From Paragordius varius (lineage: Eukaryota; Animalia; Nematomorpha), in assembly GCA_964247055.1 (NCBI GenBank), contig OZ176050.1, positions 3,348,001-3,412,000 on the forward strand: a stretch of 64,000 nt of DNA. Direction: 5' to 3'. Below, one piece after another: positions 1 through 11,994 of this stretch. The notes beneath the pieces were generated by a model. The model had not been told where the DNA came from. It was given only the letters and a program-made list of their open reading frames with translations, and did not search any database. The first letter of the stretch is position 1. Every line of letters begins with the position of its first letter. The position numbers and the translations under genes are program-made.

Positions 1-53
1 TCATAAAAAACAAAGATGTAAATTGCCAGCCATATTTTGACATAAATGTTAGC

Positions 54-380
54 TACCATTTAAAGTTAAAATTCACCCTCTAAAACTCAAATTCGCCCTT
101 GAACAATTCAAATTCAATCTAAAATAAACTAGGTTTTTTAAGATTAAAAAATACCTATATTTTTTTGTTTTTTAAAAAAAATTTCGTTTAAAATTAATAT
201 AGTCTGAAATAATAATAAACTATGCCATAAGAATATATTTCTTATTAATGATGAGTTATATTAGCACGAAAACACATAATTATTTTAAATTTGAATCAAG
301 GGTGTATTTGAATTCGAGGGTGAATTTAGATTGTTCGAGGGTGAATATAAATTGTTTAAGGGCCAATTTAAAATGTAAAT

Positions 381-384
<4 letters not shown>
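54..384. mobile_element. TA-target MITE, same family as 3331-3616
   Basis: TACCATTTAAAG…TGTAAATGGTA followed by (TA)n. Confidence 0.7.
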
Positions 385-421
<37 letters not shown>

Positions 422-628
422 AAATCATCAAGATTAAAGAAATGAGACTATCCACATACTCTGTAAAAAAATTTTCTTTTACAGTTTAAGTTTTGTCCTT
501 ATTTAATTTTGACTGTATTACACCCAAACTACAGATGCAACGTCACAAAAAGCCCATAAAATAAACCCCAATTTATTTATTTATTTTAAACATTTGTTAA
601 AAACCAAAACTAACCAAAATTAATATAC

Positions 629-3600
629 CTCGATTAGTGCTATTAACTAATGGTTCCTTTTCCCGTATCCAGGCTTCCTCGTCCTCAATATCCTTGAATA
701 GGGTTAAACAACGTTCAGCTTGTTGAAGTTTACTGCGTTTGACTTCAATCGGTTCCATCAACCGTTTATATCGATCAACTATACCGGAAAGTTTGGCTTT
801 AATCGTACTCTCTATTGGGCTAAATTTCGTTGTTTCGGTTTCGATTTCGGGTGAGTAATCTGTCGTGTCTTCTGAAGTGCCTACAAAAAATGCAGGAAAA
901 AATTAAATCAAATTATAAGTATGGTGCGTAAAATCTGTATGCAATAGCGTCAGAGTTTTAATATTAAAGTATAAAATGTAAAAAAAACTGTAAATTTTTA
1001 CAATTATTAATTTATTTCCTTAACTCCTAGATTATATGATATTAGGTTCTGTAATACAGAGAGGAGGAAATCCTCTTAATCCCATATTAAACAACACAAA
1101 TCATAAGAGTAAAATCTTTTATAAACATTGGCAAATTTTATCCTTATCCTCGAAATATTTTACGCATATTTTTTAAAATTTTATCCTTAACAAGATAAAA
1201 AAACCTTCAACTAAATTATTACTTGTAGTAGGCCGTTCAGTTCCAACCTCATGTGCACGTGACCGCGAAATCAAGGGTAGGGATTGAAGTTCTGATATTT
1301 TGTCCGCATGTGTAGCAATTTCATCCTCTAATCGTTTCAACTTTTTCTTCATGTGATCCAAACTTTTTAAATCCTGAAATAAAATAATTAATAAACAAAT
1401 ATTTAGATATCTAAAAATTTGTATTTTTGGGATCCCATAAACTTATGAAAGCTTTTAGTGTTAACGAATTCTTTATAATAAAATAATGATAATTTATCAA
1501 TAATATTTATTGCATCCAAAGTTTTTTAGAGTAGGTTGCATAAATTGACATAATTTATTTACGCTATATGTCTCATATAGCACAATTTTCATATATGAGT
1601 TATAAAAGTTATAACCCTAAAAAATTGTTGAAAAGAATATTGAGAACAATCTCATAATTGTACTTAAACCTGGCAATAGAAAGCTAAAAAAAGTAATGTA
1701 CTTTTCCATAATCATCGGCAGCTATTTCACCCTCGATATCATTCATCCATACATCTAAATCATCCATGTCCCGAACATACCCAAGTTGTTCAAAAGTTCG
1801 CTTCAAATTACTGGCCTTTATTTCACTTTCGTGCAACAATCGATCCCACAAATCACGAATTTCATCCAAATGTGTACTTTAAACAGAAAACTTTATATAT
1901 ATATTAAAGTTTTACAAGTGTTTTATTGTGATAAAAAAAGATTCTAATTCGCAACAAAATTATTTTAATCGATAGTGTAAAGTCTAATAGACCCTCTTTT
2001 AAGAATCTTCTTATGACAGCGCTTGAATAATTACAAGCATGTTAAAACTTTAAAATACGGTTAGTTTCATTTTTTATGATAACCGTTAAAGGTTGGGTGT
2101 ACCTTTTTGTAGAAAGGATATTAAGCCATATAATGACAAAAACAATAAATAACACTTGCATAATTCAAATAATTTCCCAAATGTCTTAGATATAATAAAA
2201 ATTAAATCTAGAAAAATGTAATTATGAGATTCAAAGCATTATTAAAAATCGGTCTCATTATAAAAGAGGGGGTAGGTCCACCGTAATCCCAGATGTAAAA
2301 ATTATGAAAGGAAAAAAGCATATAAATCAAAAATTCTACCTGATAGGTGGAAACGGTAAATCTGCAAAATGTTCCTCAAAATACGATTTTTGTTCCAAGA
2401 GTGAATCGATTCGCTGTCTATTAGCCATGAGTTCAGATTCAAAGTTTTCATGTTTTTGTATCTTACCGGATAAATTTGTTGTATCCTATTATATAAAAAA
2501 AATTAATATCAATTTTCCAAATAGATTCAGATATACCAGTTAATATATATATAATTAATAAAAAAGACAAAGTATAACAAAAGTTCGTATATTATAAAAT
2601 AATCAATATTTTTTAGATTTTTTATATAACCGTGCTCTGAAAAATAAGTAATAGAGATGAGTTTTGGTAAGCACTCAAATTTATATTTCAAAATTGTAAT
2701 CAAGGTTATATAGAATATAACAATGATCAAAAAATGTGATTTTTTTAAAAAAAATATATTTGTCTTTTAGCTTTTATGTTTTTTCTTTATGATTCTCATT
2801 TTTTTAAATAATAAAAAAATTTAAAAATGATAAAACTTTATAGCTAGGGTCCTGGGCAATTTTCAATTTTTCCAATATCCAGCTTTTGACTTCATCACAA
2901 TCTCGCAAACATTGATAGTAAAATAAAGAAAGTTCCAGTCTTTTACGGCGTTCTTGTGCACGATTCATCATTTCTACGCGCTTTTCATCCAACTACAAAC
3001 ATACACATATAAAAAAATAATTCAAAAAAATATCCCCAAAGTATAATATACTTCACTTAAAACTAAAAAAAAATTCCAAATTACAGGCGTAACTTATGTA
3101 CATCTAAAAAAGGGTTACAAATTTATGAATATACAAGAAAAAAAATTTATTTAATATTTAAAAAACACCAATAATGTTTGTTAGCATAATATATTTTATA
3201 TTATAAAGTGTAAAGATCTATTGTTTGTAAAAACTTGTTTTAATAAGTCTAAAGTAATTTTTTGACCCGAATTCCACTAGAAACTTCTCTGTATTGTTAA
3301 AAACCAATATAAATGAGAAAATTTGCAATATACCATTTACAGTTTAAATTCACCCTTGAACAATTCAAATTTACCCTAAAAATAATGTATGTGTTTTCGA
3401 AATAATATAACTCATTATTAATATAAAATATATCATTATGGCATAGTTTATTATTTTTTCAGTATTATTTTAATTTTAAACAAATTTTTTTTAAAATAAT
3501 ATAAAAACATAAATATTTTTTAATCTTATTAACAAACATTAATTTTATTTGAGGGTGATTTGAATTGTTCGAGGGTAAATTTGAAGTTTAAGGGTGAATT

Positions 3601-6600
3601 TGAATTGTAAATGGTATATTTATTAAAGCAACCAAATTAACATATAGCAGCATATATAGAATATTACACCATATATTTTTCTATAAACTATATTTTTAGT
3701 AACTTACATGATACAATCTGGCTTGGACATCCTCCAAAACACTTTCCTCATATTCAAACGCTATGGGTGTAACACTACGTTTTTGCTGTTGTGTTAATAA
3801 TTCATTTTCAGGTGATTCACTTTCCATAGTATTGTTGGTACTCTTTTCCTTAAAGCTTTTAACTTTTTCCAACAACTTAGTAGCAAATTCCTGCAGACCG
3901 CGCATTTTTTCGTCCTGAGCCGCAAAACTTTTATCGAAATCGTCGAGACCACGTAAGAGTGCTTGAACTGTATCAAGTGTATCACCCAAATCATCATTAC
4001 CAAGATAAATCTAGTGTTGGAAAACGTGATTGTAAAATTAGCAATAATTTATGATTAAAGAATAAGTAATTTTATTGAATTGGTAATACTTTTTGTTTAA
4101 ACAATTATATTTTTTCAAAAACTTTTCAATGTTTAGGTAAAAAAATGAGTATTTGTTCAAAAGAAAAATTAATACTTAAAACCCGCTTAATTCATAAAGA
4201 TCCATACTATGGTGTATTAGTTGAAGCAAATTTTACTATGTCCTTTTGATAAATATTCCTTGCAAATTAGATTTTGCAGGGTAACAAAAATGCATTTTTG
4301 CTGTTACACCGATACAGCCAACAACACAACGGAGAGGGTTATTGTTTAATTATAAAAATAAATTTCCATAACTTTAAAATCACAATTACTTTTATTCGTG
4401 TATGAAACTAAAATTACTAACGTCCAACAATTAATATTATAATTAAACAACAAAAATCCGATTAAATTAAGCAAAATATAAAGAACTATATAAAATTTTA
4501 ACGCAATTTTTATGAAAAATGCACCACCTCTTTTTTAGCCATCCATGATTCTGTAGCCTCCGTATCCCGTAGAAACAGTTGATAATCCATACATTCTTCA
4601 AACAAATTCTGATGTTGTAACCAAGAGTGTTCAACTTCTTGTTTGGCTTCAGTCAGGGTTGTGAGCTATTAAATTATTATTAGGTCAAAGTTATGTTCAA
4701 AGCAAAATCACGCATAAGTTTTACAGTAAAAATTTAAAGTAAATATAGTATAAGATTCCATTTTACCCTTAATTTTCTATTACGATTCTGTTATATTAAA
4801 TGTTCCTTATTCCGCAACTCAAAAAAGACATAAAAAATATGGTTTTTTAAAGATTATTTTATTTTTTAAATAAAAATTTGCCATAATTACTTTATCATCA
4901 ATATTTTCATCTAGGAAAGGGTATTCATTACTTTCCTCCAAAACTGCCTTACCAGCCGCCATTGTTTTTTGATATATATCGTTTCTTGAATCGATTTCCG
5001 TCTAAAATAAGGTAAACCAGAGATTAATATAAAAATTTTCAAACTATATATATTAGATTAGTTAATGTTTATTTTTCAAAATAAAATATATTATATTTAT
5101 ATGCATATATAGTTATATTGATATAACAAGCGTTTAAGGATTATTTATAATATGAATAATTGGCAATCCCGACAATAGTTATTTTAAAAAGAATATTTTT
5201 GTGGGACCCAATCAAAAACATTTAATAGATAACTTGGTTAAAATTTTTAATAATATCAAATTGAAACTAAACAAAGAGACATATAAAGAGCCATATATGA
5301 ACCTTTATTTCCTGATGTCGGCTAAGTAAGACCTCTGCCTCAGGGACACTCTTAGCCAACTCCATTGATAGAATGGTAGCATTCGTATCAGTGTACCAAC
5401 TCAAAAGATCTCTCCAATCCGCCAAAAATTCATGGAGTTGAAGCGATTTTAACAAATTTGCTTTACGTCCAATTAACTAATAAAAGAACGGTAATTTTAA
5501 TAAATCTTCATAAAAAGTTGTAAATTTCAATCAAATCTCTTATATTTATTTAATTTAAACCAAACTAATACCTGTGTCAAATTTTCTCAAAAAAAACTAA
5601 CCACGAAACCGTATTACTATAAAAATAAATAAACATTGAACCTAAAGTTGTTTTCACTTTTTATTAAAAAAATAAGGTAAGATACTCAAAACAATAATAC
5701 CTTTTGTTTTAATCGATCCCAAGCCAAACTGATATCATTGTGTTTGGCCATTAATTTGACATGTTCATCTGGGTACTTTTCTTTGAGTTTTAATCCTTCC
5801 GTTTCCAAAGTTGATATCTTTAATCAACAAAAAAATTTTAATTAGCATTTTTTGTAAAATTTAACATCAGATAAATTATAAAGAACAGAAAATATAAAAC
5901 TTAAATATATATATGTATATATATATATATATATATTTAGAAAATGCTAAAGATTATAGAAAAAACGTTTAAAAAATTATATTGTTTTATCTTCATTAAT
6001 GTTTTTATATAATCAAAGTAAATACGATTATGGAATATAATCACTGTATTACAAGTTTTTTATATTTTGTATCCCAAAATTATAGGTAAGAAATAACCGA
6101 ATGCCATCTTTATAACAAATAAATTCTTGTAGTTTTTACGCTTTTGTAATTTTTTTTATTGTACAATATATAAAAGAAACTTTATCTTGGAATATATTAA
6201 TAAGATTTTAGACAAATATCTATCAAACCTTATTTTCTAGAGCACAAAGTTCGGATTCTATGGTATCATGCTTTTTAAGCAGGCCTTGTACTTCAAGTAA
6301 ATCACGACCTAAATCCTCATTGGATAAAACGGCATCTTTTTCATTGATCCAAAAAAGCGTTTCATCAGCGTCTCTGTAATTTATGTGCGTGTATAATTAT
6401 TTTGTCATAAAGGAGCAACTTTTATATGTTAAATGCAAAATTACATATTGTTGGGTATCCATATTTATTAAAGGGTAAGACTTAAATGTAGTAAAAACTC
6501 CAAAAAGTTTTCCTCGTCTACCCGGGGTCGTAAGTGATGATAAAAAAATAAGCAATAAGAAATGGAAAACATATAATTTATCGTAACAAATATACATTTA

Positions 6601-7118
6601 AATATTAAATCGCATTTTTTAGGAAAAATAAAACATCAATACACTTGCCTATTGAATCCTTGTATAAGATGAGCGCCTTTTAATTTAGCGGCCCGCTGTT
6701 CGCTAAACTTAATCAGTTCGGTCATGGCGGCATTGAGTTCACTTCGCTTCTCCTCTATAATAGCGGAGTCTGGATGGTCTTCACTAATTAGCGTATCTGC
6801 CTGAGTATTTATACCCTTAAGTTTATCTTGATACAATCCCAATTCCTAAAATAAATTTGTAAAGGTAATTATAAAATTACATGTTGAAAAAAATTAAGAG
6901 CAGTAATGCTCATAAATGGCTTCGCGTACCACATTATCAACCAAAAAAACCGATAGCCGCCTTCGATAAATACAAGGACATCAATAAATATTTTATCAGA
7001 TTTCATAATATATAAACCGGAAAAAATAGGAACAATATAGGAAGGCTATTTGCTTCACCAATTTTGTTAATTCGTTTCCGAAATTAGAAAGGGATTCTTC
7101 GAAAATTGTGCCAGAAAT

Positions 7119-7149
<31 letters not shown>

Positions 7150-9226
7150 GCATTATATTTGAACAATATAAATTTGACATCTGTTCATTTTTCTGTGGAC
7201 TGCAAAAATCTAAGATAACAGCATGTTAAACACCCCTGATTGCGTATATGTTTGAAATTTAAGCTAGAGTGTAACTCATGCGATAAATAAGAGCGCTTGT
7301 TTTAATTTATAAAGTTTTCGGATAATATATCATTATTTATAATTAACCCAAAAATATCATATATTGGATAAATTTATTGATTAATTAAATGCATATTCAA
7401 ATCAATACGATTCTGGGTAGATAAATATTTAAATGTTACAAATTGACTAACTGCAAAATAACTCTTGGGAGTCAGCCATTAACCAAAACTTTTAAAAAAA
7501 CCACAAGCCTAAAAAAATAAAAAATATAAACGCCATATTTCACCTTACGAAAATCCTCAAATTTACGGTTTAGCATCTCAATGTGTCCGACTGAACCCAG
7601 GTTTGTCCCATCAGTCGAACTGGTCATCATTGATGAATCTCCTGTTGGAGTTGTCGAAGTTTGAGAAGTAGAGCTCATAATGTTATAATCAGAAAAGGGG
7701 ATAGTTTGATTCATAATATTATCGCTTGTAAATGATGAACTTTTATCATTAATCCAATACGTTATTTCACTGCATTCCCGTAAAAATTCCGCCAGCTTTT
7801 GCGTTTGAAGTAAGCGTGTAGCTTGTTCTGTACTCCGTACTCTCAAAGCATCCCATAACTTATGGATTTCAGTTAAACGTTCCTATTTAATTAATTAATT
7901 AATTAACAATTGAAACAAGAAATAGACAAGAGATGATTTTAAATCTATTTATGTTTTACCTCATGCCAATTAATTTAATGTTTACCAAGTCTTGATTTTG
8001 GGTTCACAGCCATATTTATATATTAATAGGTCATTTAATTGTGAATAGAAAAAAAGATTTTAACAATTATTTTCATTCGAGTAAAATTCATTAACGTAAA
8101 ATAATAAAATATATTGTTGACTAAATGACTGTTTATTGTATATAAAAAATTTATAAGAAAGAATGAATTAATAATTAGAATGTTAAATATCTACCTTTAT
8201 TTGGCCGCTAGCATAATGTTCGGCTTTTATCATTTCATGTCCAGATTTATCCAAAGAATCAAGAAAATTTTTATGGGCGCTCACTTCAGCCTCAAAAGCT
8301 TGGTGTTTCTTTATCCTAGCCTATAATTATTATATGGACATATTTTAGCAAATCAAAAATTATTTATATATTGTAAGCTATCATTCATAATGCTTTCACA
8401 TCATCTATATATTCATAAAGATTATCACTTTCATATATCAAAATAGATTCTAATGTTTAGATAATATCTCAAAAATTAATATAATATCCAACAAACAATA
8501 CTAGGTTGTGGACTTCTAAACTCTCATAATAAGGCAAAAATAAAAAATTATATCTTTTTCCAATTTTTGAAGTTAAGAAAAAAAGGCCCAATTATTTTTC
8601 AGATAATGAGTTTTTTTCCCACATGGACTCATTATGAGGATTTCCTTTAACTCCCTATAAATACTTGTAAATTAGTGGGGATTTCTTTAAAAGCATCATC
8701 GGACAAAAGCTGCATTTTTTCATGTATCCAGGATTCGAGTTCATTGGAATCACTTTTAAAAAACTGAAATTTTTTGGAATCCTCAAGCTTGGATCGTTTT
8801 TCGCGACTTTTAGCACGAACTTCCCGGTAATGATGAAGAACCTAAAAAATAATTAAGGAAAAATTTATGAATTTAACAAATATAAATTTATATAAAAAAT
8901 GTGGTTGAAAGATAGGTTATTTTAATTTTTTAATGGATAAATATGGATAATTAGACTAAACAAATCTTATTTATTTATTCTAAAAAAATACTTGATATAA
9001 TTCAAGTCTTAAAGGTTTTATCAAAATTTTAAAAACGGATATTAGTCATCAAAAAGAGATATTCCATTATAATATGTATCAAAAAAGAAGCAATAAATTT
9101 CATTTTTAAATTATATCGGAGTATAAATATTTGATAATAACTAACTTGGTGTCTCCGATTCTGAATATCATCAACAGTTTCTAAAACAGGAATTTCTTTA
9201 ACTTCCAATTTCGATTCCGAATCCAT
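629..9226 (-). CDS. SPTAN1: Spectrin alpha chain (non-erythroid/invertebrate type), 5' part; 16 exons in window, 3' part lies beyond the left edge
   Basis: Exons (minus strand): 9226-9146, 8841-8665, 8320-8195, 7882-7544, 6845-6649, 6373-6229, 5817-5701, 5476-5303, 5001-4891, 4665-4528, 4010-3708, 2992-2837, 2485-2340, 1876-1702, 1373-1205, 880-629. All junctions are phase-compatible (2806 nt, no stops); introns are GT-AG except intron 5 (GC-AG). Translation begins MDSESKLEVKEIPVLETVDDIQNRRHQVLHHY…KLEDSKKFQFFKSDSNELESWIHEK…NLQARIKKHQAFEAEVSAH, matching the alpha-spectrin tetramerisation helix and successive spectrin repeats (e.g. FNRDADETLFWINEK, FLADWRDLLSW, DIEDEEAWIREKEPLVNSTNRG). The exon 15 donor could alternatively be at 1223 (same phase). 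Confidence 0.96.
3331..3616. mobile_element. TA-target (Tc1/mariner-type) MITE in spectrin intron 11, TIR TACCATTTACA
   Basis: TA|TACCATTTACAG…TGTAAATGGTA|TA with subterminal aaattcaccc/gggtgaattt repeats; sister copy at 54-384. Confidence 0.75.
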
Positions 9227-9899
9227 ATATCAAAAATGTATTTATTATATTTTGTTTATGTTTATTTAGCACAATATGGTTTGAATCTGCAAGAAAAAAA
9301 TAAAATATAAGGAAATAAAACAAAATGCATTTTTTAACAATTATTGATCTAAACCACGTTGAACAATAAGAATGAACTCAGATATATAAAGCATGCACAC
9401 TTTCCAGACGCAATAAACATGAAAAAATAAACGGACATGAAAAAATCGATAATTATTCTAAAAATTTTGTTTTTAAAATATATTAAAATCTAGACGGAGT
9501 GTCCAACACGCGGCTTTCGACTATGTGGGAGCCCGTGAAAAATTTGAAAATTCATTTTTTTGTGAAAATATGTTAAGTGAGTTTGTAAATAATTTTTCAT
9601 AATTGGAATATAAAAATTTGTTATATTGTATTTATATTTTACAGTCTTATCCAATGCAGAAAATCATTTATAAAGCCTATATATTTAAATACAGCCCGTC
9701 GGGTTTTTGAGGCAAAAATGAGACCCGCGAAGCCTTTGTGTTTAATACCTCTGATCTAAATTATTATTTATTAAAATCTATCAAAAATAATTTGAAAATA
9801 TAATAAAAAAACGCATACCTTATTGAATAAAATCGACCGATTTAAAAAATATAAGCATGTGAGAATGGATTTATTGTGTAAAAAATATGACTAATTTAA

Positions 9900-10481
9900 C
9901 ACTTGGATACAAGACACTCATTTTAGTCCTTCGATTCAAATTGGGGTAGTTGGATACCCCAGGAGTGTTTATAATCAAATAATTTAAAAAGTATGGAAGG
10001 AATCAAAACTATGGGAAAATATTGCACTTATATAACTTTAATGAACCGAAATATATAAAAAAATTTATTAAAAAATACTTGATATTATTATTTTAAGTTA
10101 AAACCGAAAGGTAAAAATTTCGTCATCCTGACATGTGTCAAATGGTAAAATTAAAAAATAATACAAAATAAACCGCGTTTTCTATATCAATCTATGTAAG
10201 ATGTAATTTATATTAAAAAATAGCTTTAGTTTTACCCTTAAAATTAAATGAAGACGATATTTTGCAAAAATTTTGTAAAATAAAAATGGCGTCGAAGTAG
10301 TTTGAGATGGAACTTTTTTTTCAAAACAAAATTTTATCAAGATATTTTGGCATATTTATATAATTTTTATCAGGATAGAAGCATAAATTTAAATTGGGAC
10401 CGTTTTCTTCAGTAGTTTTTTTAAAAACATTAATTTATATTTAGTCTGGGGTATTTAGATACCCCAATTTGAATCGAAGTG
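9900..10481 (+). mobile_element. ~580-bp MITE with TTAA target duplication (piggyBac-like target), ends CACTT…AAGTG
   Basis: TTAA at 9896-9899 and 10482-10485; subterminal …tcgattcaaattgggg…/…ccccaatttgaatcga…. Confidence 0.8.
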
Positions 10482-10975
10482 TTAATAAAAAAAATGTGTG
10501 GTTATATTTAGTGGTATTTTTAAATTTTATTTCATCAGGAACCAAAAATATATAGGGCTTTACAATTTTACCTATCGAATTTAAAGCACAATGTTAATTA
10601 CTATTTATAATTTATTACCTTTTGTGAAATATTTTAGTTGAAATAATTGCATTGTATTTCGTATCAGGATATTAGTATTTTATCCACACCTACAGTGTTC
10701 AAAATAGGCGGGAATAAATATGTATATTAAAAAATAAATATTCTGATAAATAAATGTGAATTAGAATTCCTATATTTTTGGTTTTGGGTGCGAGTGATAT
10801 AAAAAATTATTTGCATTTTTGTAAGAATGATTAACACTTTAATGCAAAACAGTATTACAGTCTTCTCATACCATTAGAGGCCTTTGGAAATCACAAATTT
10901 GTGACATTTGGATACAAAATTTTCATTCTAATCATCCAATTTGAATTGGGGTTTTTAGAGGCCCTACCCGTTTGA

Positions 10976-11994
10976 CACTTGGATACAACATATTTATTTT
11001 ACTCCTCCGATTAAAATTGTGGGGACCCCACAACAATTTGAAACTGCAAATATTGCACTACCCCGAAATATTAAAACATTGATTGAAAATTAATATTACT
11101 TGTTATATGGGTAAAACTTAAAAATTTAGTCAACGTGATATGTGTACATCACCTAAATGAAAACAATGCATTGTAAAACAGTTTTTGAATCAATGTTTGT
11201 GAATTAAAATAGCTTTAATTTTAGCCTTAGAATCAATCATTACAAAAATATAAAACAAAAATGGCATCGAAGTAATTTACGAAAAAGTTTTATTAAAATA
11301 TTTGGCTTTATATAATTTTTATTAAAATAAAAGCATGAATCTTAATTGGAACCGTTTATTTCAGTAGTTTTTTAAATATTGATTTAAATATTGTTGGGGC
11401 CATAGATACCCCAAATTAACACTTCGATTCAAATTGGGGTATCAAAATACCCCAGACTAAATTTTAATTAATATTTTTAAAAAACTACTGAAGGAAACGG
11501 TCCCAATTTAAATTTATGCTTTTATCCTAATAAAAATTATATAAATATGCCAAAATATCTTAATTAAAGTTCCATGTCAAACTACTTCGACGCCATTTTT
11601 ATTTTATAAAATTTTTGCAAAATATCGTCTTCATTTAATTTTAAGGGTAAAATTAAAGCTAATTTATTATTTAATTACATCTAACATTGACAGAATTAGA
11701 AATAGCGGTTTATTTTGTATTATTTTTTTTATTTTATAATTTCACACATGTCGCGTTGAGGAAATTTTTACCTTTCGGTTTTAGCTTAAAGTAAGTAATA
11801 TCAAGTATTTTTCAATATTTTTTTTACATATTTTGGTTTATTAATGTTAATTTAAGTGCAAAATTTTTCCATGGTTTCGATTCCATCCATACTTTTTAAA
11901 ATATTTGATTTTAAACAGGCCTGGGGTATCCAACTACCCCAATTTAATCGAAGGACTAAAATGAGTGTGTTGTATCCAAGTGTTAATCAAAGTG
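10976..11994. mobile_element. Two nested copies of the TTAA MITE: inner 11420-11982 (reverse) inside the right end of outer 10976-11994
   Basis: Inner copy flanked by TTAA (11416-11419, 11983-11986); removing it restores gataccccaaa-ttaa-tcaaagtg-TTAA. Confidence 0.75.

Noticed and set aside
248-445. ORFs with IYIYIY tails (also 27038-27274, 27066-27257)
   Set aside because: Frames run through a MITE and (TA)n microsatellites; no coding signature.
2304-2543. Plus-strand ORFs at 2304-2543, 42622-42816, 44007-44219, 58219-58422, 59780-60052, and minus-frame ORFs at 3794-4003 and 15679-15966
   Set aside because: Antisense or alternative-frame shadows of spectrin exons, LINE remnants or decayed family exons.
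6468-6495. ~25-bp similarity between spectrin intron 5 and ~46695-46720 (aaagggtaaga.cttaa)
   Set aside because: Short and AT-rich; does not extend convincingly.
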